Sequence record: SRR20825006_1008
Length of the DNA stretch: 50,500 bases
Reading direction: 5' to 3' (one strand)
In this document: positions 8,984 to 17,418 of the stretch, one piece after another
Layout: the number at the start of each line of letters is the position of its first letter
How positions within the stretch are numbered: position 1 is the stretch's first letter
The notes under the pieces: model-generated
Database searches by the model: none
Told to the model about the DNA's origin: nothing
What the model saw: the letters and a program-made list of their open reading frames with translations, nothing else
Position numbers and translations under genes: made by a program

Positions 8984-9883
8984 CTATTCGGCAGGCTTGA
9001 CGAATTTCAGCGTCATGCGGTCGCTTTCGCCGATTTCGGCATAGGCAGCAGCGTCAAAACCGTCCGGAGTGTTGCCTTCCCGGTCCTGCGTGGCGTTGAC
9101 CGGGGGCAGCGTCCAGACCCCAAACGGGTGATCCGCAGTATCGGCCGGATTGGCATTGATTTCGCTTGCTTCGACAAACTCGAACCCGGCCGCTTCGGCG
9201 AGGGATTTGACATAATCCTCATGGACGTAACCCGAAGAGGCCGTCGGGTCCTGTGTGGCCGTTGAAGGCAGGCGATGTTCGACCACGCCCAACACGCCGC
9301 CGGGCTTCAGAGCGGCATAGGCGTCCGTGAAAAATTTCTCGGTGTATCCGCCGCTCATCCAATTGTGGAGGTTGCGGAAGGTCAGTACGACATCGGCTGT
9401 CCCGGCCTCGGTCAGCGGGCCACTCTCGGCCGAAAAGGCGCTGTATTCGATGGTGCCGAATTTCGGGTCGTCATAATTCGCCTGGAATTCTGCAAGGCGC
9501 TCGGCGATGCGGGCGCGACGGTCTTCATCGCCAATATTCGGGTCGAAATAGGCTGCGACCAGTGTGCCACCGCCACTGGCAAGATAGGGCGCGATGACAT
9601 TTGTGTACCAGCCGCCGCCGGGCCACAGCTCGACTACTTTGTCATCCGCTTCCACCCCGAAGAATTCGAGCGTTTCTTTCGGGTGACGCCAGGCGTCGCG
9701 CGCCTTTTCGGCATCCGTGCGGTGTTCGCCAGCGATCGCGGCGTCCAGCGGCGAGGCTTCGGTCGAGGCTGTCTCGACCGGCGGGGTTTCGGGGGCGGGT
9801 GTCTCTGATGCGGGTGTCTCTGGCTGGCCGCAAGCTGCCAGAACCAGTGCAGACAGGGCGATCATCTGGGTCAATTGTTTCAC
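8984..9883 (-). CDS. Predicted class I SAM-dependent methyltransferase, lipoprotein (COG4798-like)
   Basis: RHPKETLEFFG, VVELWPGGGWYT, TFRNLHNW, GESDRMTLKF; lipobox LAAC; GTG start 9883 with GAGGAG RBS. Confidence 0.82.
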   Translation of the reverse strand: MKQLTQMIALSALVLAACGQPETPASETPAPETPPVETASTEASPLDAAIAGEHRTDAEKARDAWRHPKETLEFFGVEADDKVVELWPGGGWYTNVIAPYLASGGGTLVAAYFDPNIGDEDRRARIAERLAEFQANYDDPKFGTIEYSAFSAESGPLTEAGTADVVLTFRNLHNWMSGGYTEKFFTDAYAALKPGGVLGVVEHRLPSTATQDPTASSGYVHEDYVKSLAEAAGFEFVEASEINANPADTADHPFGVWTLPPVNATQDREGNTPDGFDAAAYAEIGESDRMTLKFVKPAE

Positions 9884-9905
9884 AGGGTGTCTCCTCAACA
9901 GGCCT

Positions 9906-9933
9906 CTTGAACCTCTCCTTACGCTACCCACAT
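9906..9933 (+). promoter_or_regulatory. sigma32 (RpoH) promoter of hsp20
   Basis: CTTGAA-N15-CCCACAT, close to the CTTGAA/CCCATNT heat-shock consensus. Confidence 0.7.
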
Positions 9934-9940
9934 AGATCAT

Positions 9941-10084
9941 GTCACGGTGCCGTAAATCGGGCTGTGACCGGTATCTGTCCCAACGCCGAATTCGGGTTGG
10001 TTCTTTTCAGGTGCTGAACATCCATCCGGGCGCTCCCCGAACGGGTTGCCCGCAGTTGCTTGATTTAAGAGGACTGAACACATG
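9941..10084 (+). promoter_or_regulatory. ROSE-like RNA thermometer 5' leader
   Basis: Consecutive hairpins (9941-9968, 9980-10000, ~10027-10052) then UUGCU able to pair with the AGAGGA Shine-Dalgarno of a small HSP gene. Confidence 0.55.
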
Positions 10085-10561
10085 AGCAATATCGACCTTA
10101 CCCCCCTTTACCGTACCGTTGTTGGCTTTGACCGGCTTGCGGGCATGATCGATCAGGCGTCTCGCCTCGACGGGTCACAAGGCTATCCCCCATACAATAT
10201 CGAACGCGTTGACGAAAACGCCTTCGCCATCGAGATCGCGGTCGCGGGATTTACCGAAGATGACCTCGAGATCGAGACGAAAGAAGGCTTGCTGACTGTG
10301 GCCGGCAAGCGCGGCGAGAATGAAGACGGCGAGGGCCGCAACTATCTGCATCGCGGCATTGCCCAGCGCAGCTTCATCCGGCGCTATCAGCTGGCCGACC
10401 ATGTCATCGTGACCGGTGCCAATCTGCAGCACGGCGTGCTGCGCATCGACCTTATTCGCGAACTTCCTGAAGAGAAGAAACCTCGCAAGATCGAGATTGG
10501 CGCCCCGGCAAAGTCGGAGCCGAAACTGATCGGCAAGAAATCGGCCAGCAACGCGGCCTAA
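10082..10561 (+). CDS. ibpA: Small heat shock protein Hsp20 (IbpA-like)
   Basis: DLTPLYRTVVGFDRL, YPPYNIE, YLHRGIAQRSF, KPRKIEI. Confidence 0.92.
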   Translation: MSNIDLTPLYRTVVGFDRLAGMIDQASRLDGSQGYPPYNIERVDENAFAIEIAVAGFTEDDLEIETKEGLLTVAGKRGENEDGEGRNYLHRGIAQRSFIRRYQLADHVIVTGANLQHGVLRIDLIRELPEEKKPRKIEIGAPAKSEPKLIGKKSASNAA

Positions 10562-10584
10562 ACGCCGAGTTCTGATCAGATAAG

Positions 10585-10620
10585 AGAACGGCGCGTCCAG
10601 AGATGGGCGCGCCGTTTTTT
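10585..10620. terminator. Intrinsic terminator between convergent hsp20 and lysR
   Basis: AACGGCGCGTCCA-gaga-TGGGCGCGCCGTT followed by T tract. Confidence 0.8.
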
Positions 10621-10624
10621 GCAT

Positions 10625-11500
10625 TCAGGCCCAGAAGTGTGGTGCCAGGTTTCCTGCCAGCGTGGCGGCGGCCTTTTCTCGCAGGATTTGCAGCGCAGGC
10701 TGGATCGCATCCGTGTCTGACTCTGACTGATAGGCCGCGAACACAGGATAGGCGATGGTCGGGACATCCGGGACTTTGAAAAGGAACCCCTTTGCCAGAT
10801 GGGTTTCGACCAAGCGCCGAGGCAAATACCCTGCGGCTTCACTGGCGATGAGGAAGGACGGCCCGAAGAATCCCAGGGCGACTGTGGTCCTTGGCTCCAT
10901 GAGCTTTGGCAGGATCTGGGCGTGCCGGTCACGATACTCTTCGCCCCAGTCGACATAGACATAACGGTCTTCGAATTCGCCCTTCGGATCGGTGGTGACC
11001 ATGATGAGATCGTCATCCATCAAGTGTTCCACCGCGATATCGGTGCGCAGGCGAGGTTGATGCAGCACTGCGATGTCCAGAAGCCCTTCTGACAAAAGGC
11101 GTGACAGGGAAAGGGGCGTGCCGGCCTCCGCCTTGAAGGCGACGTTTGTCATTTGCTCCTGCATCTCCACAAGTGCCTGGGAGAGGAAGCGGGCCCAGAG
11201 ATTGTACTGCCCACCGAGGATCAGCATATCGTCAAAGGTTTCCGGAATCCCGGCCTGCAGACGACCTTGCTCCCATGCGCGCACAATTGTCCGGGCATAT
11301 CGTTCGAAATGATAGCCGTGTGATGTCAGCCGGGCGCCGGCTTTCGATCGTGCGAACACTCTTTGTCCGAGGCGATCTTCCAGCGTCCGGATCCGGGCGC
11401 TCACCGTGGACTGGGTGACGTGTACCTTGTCCGCCGCACCCTGAAACGTGCCGGTTTCAATGACTGCCAGGAATGTGCGAGCGACTTCAACATCAATCAT
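10625..11500 (-). CDS. LysR family transcriptional regulator
   Basis: TFLAVIETGTFQGAADKVHVTQSTVSARIRTLE helix-turn-helix; 291 aa. Confidence 0.93.
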   Translation of the reverse strand: MIDVEVARTFLAVIETGTFQGAADKVHVTQSTVSARIRTLEDRLGQRVFARSKAGARLTSHGYHFERYARTIVRAWEQGRLQAGIPETFDDMLILGGQYNLWARFLSQALVEMQEQMTNVAFKAEAGTPLSLSRLLSEGLLDIAVLHQPRLRTDIAVEHLMDDDLIMVTTDPKGEFEDRYVYVDWGEEYRDRHAQILPKLMEPRTTVALGFFGPSFLIASEAAGYLPRRLVETHLAKGFLFKVPDVPTIAYPVFAAYQSESDTDAIQPALQILREKAAATLAGNLAPHFWA

Positions 11501-11594
11501 TCAATATTCCGATTTCAATCATCGATTAAATTCGTTATTCGAATTCCATGTAACTCCCTATCTAGGCAGCATGTCAGATCAAGGAGAAACGACA

Positions 11595-11972
11595 ATGAAA
11601 ACCCATCTCATCGCCGGTCTCGCCGCACTCACCCTGCTTGGCGCCTGCGCTTCCGCGGCTGCCGCACCAGCCGTCTCGTCCAACATTTCCATGTCCGATC
11701 TCGATCGGAAGGAGCTGAAGCAGTGGAACAAAGCCGAGAAAAACATTCGCAAGGGTGAGAAGCTCATCGCGGAGGGTAACAAGGACCTTGAAAAGGGCGA
11801 GGAAATGGTCCGCAAGGCCCGTCAGGCGCTTCGCAAGGGCGAAGACAAGGTCGCCGATGCTGAGGCGGATGTCCGAAAGGGTGAACGCCTTGTCGCGGAC
11901 GCGCGGAACGTCCAGACGCGGCTTGAAGTGCTCAACCCTGCGCCCGCCGAAACCGGGTCGCCTGAGTCCTGA
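11595..11972 (+). CDS. Small coiled-coil lipoprotein, unknown function
   Basis: AAGGAG RBS, signal peptide with lipobox LGAC, repeated (K/E)G(E/N)x units; divergent from lysR. Confidence 0.75.
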   Translation: MKTHLIAGLAALTLLGACASAAAAPAVSSNISMSDLDRKELKQWNKAEKNIRKGEKLIAEGNKDLEKGEEMVRKARQALRKGEDKVADAEADVRKGERLVADARNVQTRLEVLNPAPAETGSPES

Positions 11973-11987
11973 TTTAGACAAAACCAA

Positions 11988-12024
11988 AGAAAACGGCGCG
12001 ACCACAGGGACGCGCCGTTTTTCT
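11988..12024. terminator. Bidirectional terminator between the lipoprotein and GST genes
   Basis: AGAAAACGGCGCG...CGCGCCGTTTTTCT. Confidence 0.8.
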
Positions 12025-12046
12025 ATTTGCCAATTGTCTCTGGCGG

Positions 12047-13045
12047 CTAGCCGAAGAATTTCGAGCAACCGGCCTCTGACAGGAAGCCTTTGAGAGCGTC
12101 GTCGCTGAGCGAAGCGCCGACCGCCTTGCGGACGGAATCATAGGCGCGGGCAGCATAGGTTTGCGTGGTCTGTTCAAAGCTGCCGCCCTCGATGGATGCG
12201 GAAACATTCTTGTCACCGCGTTCGGCAGCTTTGGAATTGGCCTTGGCCCAGGGCAGATAGGTTTTCGAGACTTCCTCGGCAAACAGCGGCGTCAGCGTGG
12301 GCGCAAGCGCTTCCAGCGACGCGAAAGGCGCGCCCGGTTTGGGATCTTCCATATTCTCGATCCAGGCAACCACAAAGGGAGCGTGCTTCTTGAGCCATTC
12401 GGCCGGGGTCTTGTCCATCATCATCTGTTGGAACTGCGCGGCGAGGGCGAAATCGGCCGCGGACGGACGACCGCCGAAGATGTAGAGTTGCTCGGTCAAA
12501 TGCGCGTTGAGAAGCGTTGCAAAGCGTTCGAACGAGGCTTTCAGCATGTCTGCATTTGCGCTGTCGGCGCCAACCAGATTCAGACGGTCGGCCATGCGTT
12601 CGGCAATTTGCTTCTGGGCCTTCTTGTAGGCGCGGGGGCGTTTGCCGCCATAGAGCTGGACCAGCACGCGCAGGGCTGCGTCTTCGCGGTCGGGCTTCTG
12701 GCTCCAGCGCTCAAGAAACATGATCTTGTTCAGCCATTCATCCGCATAGTCTTCAAGGATGAGCGCAAGGGTCGACGTGGCAACGTCGTCCGGAACGGCC
12801 GTAGGCTCCGGATGGTCTTCCTCAAGGGCGGAAATGATTGCCGTGGAATCCTGATTGGCCGATCGCGAAGGGGAGACCAGCAGCGGCACAGAGGCCACGC
12901 GCGCCAATGCCTGGAATTCTTCCTCATTCTCGCGTGAGCGGGATACCCAGTCGAAATCAATATTCTTGTAGCGCAGGAACGACCGCACTTTCTGGGAATA
13001 GGGCGAGGTATCTGCGCCGAAGAGGCGATAATCGGACATGGGCAT
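12047..13045 (-). CDS. Glutathione S-transferase family protein
   Basis: SPYSQKVRSFLRYK, VP.L, DSTAII, EDYADEW, GGRPSAADFAL; start 13045 or 13039. Confidence 0.85.
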   Translation of the reverse strand: MPMSDYRLFGADTSPYSQKVRSFLRYKNIDFDWVSRSRENEEEFQALARVASVPLLVSPSRSANQDSTAIISALEEDHPEPTAVPDDVATSTLALILEDYADEWLNKIMFLERWSQKPDREDAALRVLVQLYGGKRPRAYKKAQKQIAERMADRLNLVGADSANADMLKASFERFATLLNAHLTEQLYIFGGRPSAADFALAAQFQQMMMDKTPAEWLKKHAPFVVAWIENMEDPKPGAPFASLEALAPTLTPLFAEEVSKTYLPWAKANSKAAERGDKNVSASIEGGSFEQTTQTYAARAYDSVRKAVGASLSDDALKGFLSEAGCSKFFG

Positions 13046-13173
13046 ACGGCTTTCATTGTGTTTGGCCCTGTCTGTAGGCATTTCAGCACGCACTGCCAAG
13101 GAGCGTTTGCCGCAGCTGGTGATAATGGGTATGCGCTCGGTCAGAACTTGTTGGACATTGAAAGGAGCGGCAG

Positions 13174-14223
13174 ATGCGGATCATGCACGTGATGGCGGGC
13201 GCCCAGGAAGGCGGCGCAGAGAACATCATGCTGGAATCCGTGCTGGCACTGGCAGAAGCCGGTCTGACCCAGCATGTGGTCACACGACCGGACAACCAGT
13301 TCCGCGTCCAGAAATTCCGTGAAGCCGGCATCGGGGTGGATGTGGCCGCGTTCAACAATACGTGGCCCTTCCCGACGCGGCGCGTAATTGGCGACGCCAT
13401 CAAGGTCTTCAAGCCGGATGTTATCGAGTACTGGATGGGCCGCGCCGGGCAATATGCGCCGAAGGAATACCGCAATCGTTCGATTGGTTGGTATGGTGGC
13501 TATTACAAACTTGCGCGCTTCGTGAATTGCGAATGGCATGTCGGCCTGACCATCGATTTGCTGCGTCACATCCGCGAACAAGGTGTCCCGGACGATCGCT
13601 CTGCCATCGTTCACACTTATGCTGATTTTGAAGGCACTGATCCGGCCAGCCGCGCGGCGCTGGATACGCCCGAAGATGCGCCCGTTGCGCTCGCGCTGGC
13701 GCGCCTGCATGAGAAGAAGGGTCTCGACACGTTGCTGGATGCCACGGCCAACGTGCCAGGCCTGTATGTCTGGATCGCGGGCGATGGCCCGATTGAGGCA
13801 GAGTTGAAGGCGCAGTGTACCAAACTTGGGCTGGATGATCGGGTTCGCTTCCTAGGCTGGCGCAATGATCGCGGCGCGCTGCTCGCGGCCTGCGATGTGG
13901 TGGCCTTCCCGTCCCGCTACGAGCCGTTCGGCACGGTGACCGTCGACGCATGGGCAGCGTCCCGTCCGCTGGTTGCGGCAGATGCGGTTGGCCCGGCAGC
14001 CTATGTGAAGAATGAAGTGAACGGGCTGTTGATTCCGAAGAATGATGTCGATGCGCTCGCCACGGCGCTCAGCCGGGTGATCTCGGACAAGGCGCTCGCG
14101 GCAAAGCTGGTCGAAGGTGGCCGAGCCTCATATGAGCAGCAGTTCAACAAGGCCGCGTTCCAGCGCGATTCCGTGGCGCTGTATGAAAAGATCATCGCGC
14201 ATGCCGGGCCATTCACTGGCTAG
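13174..14223 (+). CDS. Glycosyltransferase family 4
   Basis: GGAE, RLHEKKG, PSRYEPFGTV..DAW motifs. Confidence 0.9.
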   Translation: MRIMHVMAGAQEGGAENIMLESVLALAEAGLTQHVVTRPDNQFRVQKFREAGIGVDVAAFNNTWPFPTRRVIGDAIKVFKPDVIEYWMGRAGQYAPKEYRNRSIGWYGGYYKLARFVNCEWHVGLTIDLLRHIREQGVPDDRSAIVHTYADFEGTDPASRAALDTPEDAPVALALARLHEKKGLDTLLDATANVPGLYVWIAGDGPIEAELKAQCTKLGLDDRVRFLGWRNDRGALLAACDVVAFPSRYEPFGTVTVDAWAASRPLVAADAVGPAAYVKNEVNGLLIPKNDVDALATALSRVISDKALAAKLVEGGRASYEQQFNKAAFQRDSVALYEKIIAHAGPFTG

Positions 14224-14675
14224 AGCAGGCTTGCGAAGAATTTTCGGTAAAGTCGGCGGCTCTTGCGCTGGCCAAGCCCGATCCGGACTTCAATTCCAGC
14301 GTCCCTGAGGGCGCGGATGCCCCCATTGGCGACCGGGTGTGGGTCGTCTATGGCGCAGACGACGCGGGCGATGCCGGCCTCCAGCAATTTCACGGAGCAG
14401 GATTTTCCGCCCTGGGATCGCTCGCGGCAGGGCTCCAGTGTGACATAGGCGGTGCCACCTCGCGCAGCGGCTCCGGCCTCATCCAGCGCGACCTCCTCGG
14501 CATGGGGACGCCCGCCCAGACCGGTTACCCCCGCGCCGACGACATGCCCGTCAGAGTCCAGGATGATACACCCAACCGACGGGTTCATCCCGGTGAGGCC
14601 GTGGTTGAGCCGAGCCAGGCTGTGGGCCCGTCCCATCATGCGCCGGTCGCGCCGTCGGGACGGGCGAAAGCTCAT
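14220..14675 (-). CDS. Stand-alone RibD-like zinc deaminase domain (no reductase domain)
   Basis: [21 protein letters not shown]; 151 aa; 4-nt overlap with the gpmA stop. Confidence 0.75.
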   Translation of the reverse strand: MSFRPSRRRDRRMMGRAHSLARLNHGLTGMNPSVGCIILDSDGHVVGAGVTGLGGRPHAEEVALDEAGAAARGGTAYVTLEPCRERSQGGKSCSVKLLEAGIARVVCAIDDPHPVANGGIRALRDAGIEVRIGLGQRKSRRLYRKFFASLL

Positions 14676-15385
14676 GGCAGTTCAGGAAGCGGCTTGCTGC
14701 GATCAGAGTCCAAGTAACGAACGGAGACTGGCTTGAGCGTGTCATCCAGATCAATGTAGAGCGGATTACCGGTTGGAATCTCGATCCCGGTAATGGACTC
14801 ATCCAGCACCCGGAACAGATGTTTCACCAGGGCGCGCAGGGAGTTGCCATGTGCTGCAATGACGACGTCCGTTCCGGATTTGAGCACGGGTGTGATCGCT
14901 TCTTCCCAATAGGGCAGCACACGTTCCAGTGTCAGCTTCAGACTTTCGGTGTTCGGGATATCGATGCCCTTGTAGCGGGGGTCGCCTGCCAGATCGAACT
15001 CGCTGCCAGCTTCCATCGGCGGTGGGGGAATGTCGTAGGAGCGGCGCCAGATATGAACCTGATCTTCGCCATGTTTGCCGGCAGTCTCTGCCTTGTTGAG
15101 ACCGGTCAGGCCACCATAGTGGCGCTCATTCAGGCGCCAATGCTTGGTCACCGGCATCCATACGCGGTCCATCTCCGTCAGGGCGATCCAGAGCGTACGG
15201 ATGGCGCGGGTCTGAACGCTGGTGAACGCGGCGCGGAAATCGGCGTCGCAGGCTTTCAGCATTTCACCGGACTTTTTGGCTTCGGCTTCGCCCTTCTCGG
15301 TCAGGTCGGCATCCCACCAGCCGGTGAACCGGTTTTGCAGGTTCCATTCGGATTGGCCGTGGCGGACAAGCGCTAATCTGGGCAT
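14672..15385 (-). CDS. gpmA: 2,3-bisphosphoglycerate-dependent phosphoglycerate mutase
   Basis: [38 protein letters not shown]. Confidence 0.95.
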   Translation of the reverse strand: MPRLALVRHGQSEWNLQNRFTGWWDADLTEKGEAEAKKSGEMLKACDADFRAAFTSVQTRAIRTLWIALTEMDRVWMPVTKHWRLNERHYGGLTGLNKAETAGKHGEDQVHIWRRSYDIPPPPMEAGSEFDLAGDPRYKGIDIPNTESLKLTLERVLPYWEEAITPVLKSGTDVVIAAHGNSLRALVKHLFRVLDESITGIEIPTGNPLYIDLDDTLKPVSVRYLDSDRSKPLPELP

Positions 15386-15440
15386 GAAAAATTCCTTTTT
15401 GGTCTGTTGCGGGCCCTTTTCAGCGTAAAAGGGTCCGGGT

Positions 15441-16583
15441 TCAAGCTTCCATCGCCCGGATCAGCTCTGAAAATGCGAGCGTGACATGGTAGCCGGTGGA
15501 CGCTGGCATGTTGGTTGAGACGATGTGGCCATCGCCATCATACTGGTCGATCCACCCGCCTTCTGGGGTGAGATATTCATCCATGAGGATGTCGAAGCTC
15601 TGGCAGGCCGCGGCAGCGATGGCGTCGTCATCAGTCAGATTCAGCATTGCCAGATGCGCTTTGAGCGCTTCGGTCTGCGACCAGGTGCGTCGCCCCGCAT
15701 TGTGGGGTGCGCCATCGCGGGTGACTTCCAGAATGGCCCGCCCGTCTGGATCCAGCGTGCTGGTGGCAAAGCTGTACAAGCGACCGGCAATGGGCGGAAT
15801 TGGCTGGTCGGTTGCGCGGGCGTGCTGGCTCAATAGCCAGATCCACTCGAACTGGTGACCCGGCTCGACAATGCGCGCGGCATCGCCTGCGCCTTCTGCC
15901 CAGTCCGGGGCAAAAAATTCTCCCAGCAGGCCGCCGGGGCCTGCGGTGAATTTTGCTTGAAACAGGGAGATGAGTTCGCTGGCGCGGGTGAGATGGTCCC
16001 CTTCAGGGTCGGCCCGGTGCAGGGCCAGGCACGCTTCCAGCAAATGCATATGCGGATTTTGGCTGCGCTGGGATGGCGGCGGCAAGCTTTCGGCATAGCC
16101 GCCATTGATCCGGTCTTTCATCCGCCCGTCCAGCGCATCCAGCAGCGCCCTTGCCGAAGCGATCGCGCCGCTTCCGTCGTCCAGAGCTTCACTGGCCACG
16201 GCGAGCGCGTAGAGCGTGAAGGCGAGATCATACGTGTCGGGCGTATCGTCGACATATTCGTGGCTATCTGCGTTGAGCGTGCGACCCACGAGGCCATCTT
16301 CCCGCCGAGCCGTACCGCTGAGGGTGCGCACGCCATGATGAACCAGATCAAGTGATATGTCTGGTTTCCAGCCGAGCAGGGCGGCCTGCGCGAAAACATA
16401 GGTTTGCCGGGCCTGCACGCGAATGCGTGTGATCTCGTCTTGTACCGGCGCGTGATCCAGAGACAGTGTTTCTCGAAACAGGCCAGACTCGCCGATTCCG
16501 CGCTCGCTCCAAAGGGGGAAGCACGCTTCAAAAAGCCAGTGACGAGCTTCCTTGGCTCGCCGCCTCAATGCCGCTTTCGACAT
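15441..16583 (-). CDS. AGE-family epimerase/isomerase (type III mannose-6-phosphate isomerase-like)
   Basis: [41 protein letters not shown]. Confidence 0.85.
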   Translation of the reverse strand: MSKAALRRRAKEARHWLFEACFPLWSERGIGESGLFRETLSLDHAPVQDEITRIRVQARQTYVFAQAALLGWKPDISLDLVHHGVRTLSGTARREDGLVGRTLNADSHEYVDDTPDTYDLAFTLYALAVASEALDDGSGAIASARALLDALDGRMKDRINGGYAESLPPPSQRSQNPHMHLLEACLALHRADPEGDHLTRASELISLFQAKFTAGPGGLLGEFFAPDWAEGAGDAARIVEPGHQFEWIWLLSQHARATDQPIPPIAGRLYSFATSTLDPDGRAILEVTRDGAPHNAGRRTWSQTEALKAHLAMLNLTDDDAIAAAACQSFDILMDEYLTPEGGWIDQYDGDGHIVSTNMPASTGYHVTLAFSELIRAMEA

Positions 16584-16714
16584 GGAACTCGCCCCCGTTA
16601 ATTGCATGCATGGCAGCGTCTACGGCTCGCCAAACCGCCCAGCTTCCTGCTAACAGGAGTGCCAGTCCTTGGCTAGCGGGTGCCACCGCCGAACTGTGAA
16701 AGAGCTCCTCGTTC

Positions 16715-17296
16715 ATGAAAGACCGGATCTTCTTCCCTCTGGCCTTCCTGCTGGTGGTCGGCATGGTTGTGCTGGCCATCTGGCCCGCTATTGGCCGCTT
16801 GCCGGATGGCCCCATAACGGGCGATGGCACCAATTATGATCGCGTCACGGTCAGCGGGCAATTTCTGAACAAGATTCTTGCCGGCGGCGACGCCACGACC
16901 GAGCTCGTGCGCAATCGGGGCGACGACTATTTGCTCTATATCGAAGCCCAGGCCGGCTTGCTTGGGCCCGAGCCCGAAGACGGCCCGCATTTCCGCCTCG
17001 CCAGTGATCTTGAAGTGCAATTCTCGGGGCGCCGCGTTCGCTGCACCGTCCGCATGCGTCCGGCAGATCAACGCGGCGCCATGCAGGCCAAAGTGAACTA
17101 TTCCGTGGGTCGGGAAGGCGATTCCGGCTGGCAGGTTTTTGACCTTGTTTCGGGTTTTGAGAATTTCAGTTTCGAATATGTCGTTCCGGAACATATTGGA
17201 GATCAGGGCTTCGATTATTTTGCCATACGTCCGGTTGTGCCTGAAAAGTCACGAGCCCTTCTGGTCGAAAGTGTCACCTTCGAGCGCATTGAATAA
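16715..17296 (+). CDS. Membrane-anchored hypothetical protein
   Basis: N-terminal TM helix followed by a beta-rich soluble domain; codon usage like neighbours. Confidence 0.7.
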   Translation: MKDRIFFPLAFLLVVGMVVLAIWPAIGRLPDGPITGDGTNYDRVTVSGQFLNKILAGGDATTELVRNRGDDYLLYIEAQAGLLGPEPEDGPHFRLASDLEVQFSGRRVRCTVRMRPADQRGAMQAKVNYSVGREGDSGWQVFDLVSGFENFSFEYVVPEHIGDQGFDYFAIRPVVPEKSRALLVESVTFERIE

Positions 17297-17418
17297 GCCG
17301 TTCGCATGACAGAGTGCCGCGCTTGGCAGAGACGTTTGACGATTTAAGTTGATAAGGGTGGGCGGAATTTGTCGCTTTGCCCAGATACGTGACAAGATTT
17401 GTCTTTCATGGAGATACC

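Noticed and set aside
16649-16664. TGGCACTCCTGTTAGC as a sigma54 promoter for the AGE epimerase
   Set aside because: The GC is displaced by one base; sigma54 spacing is strict.
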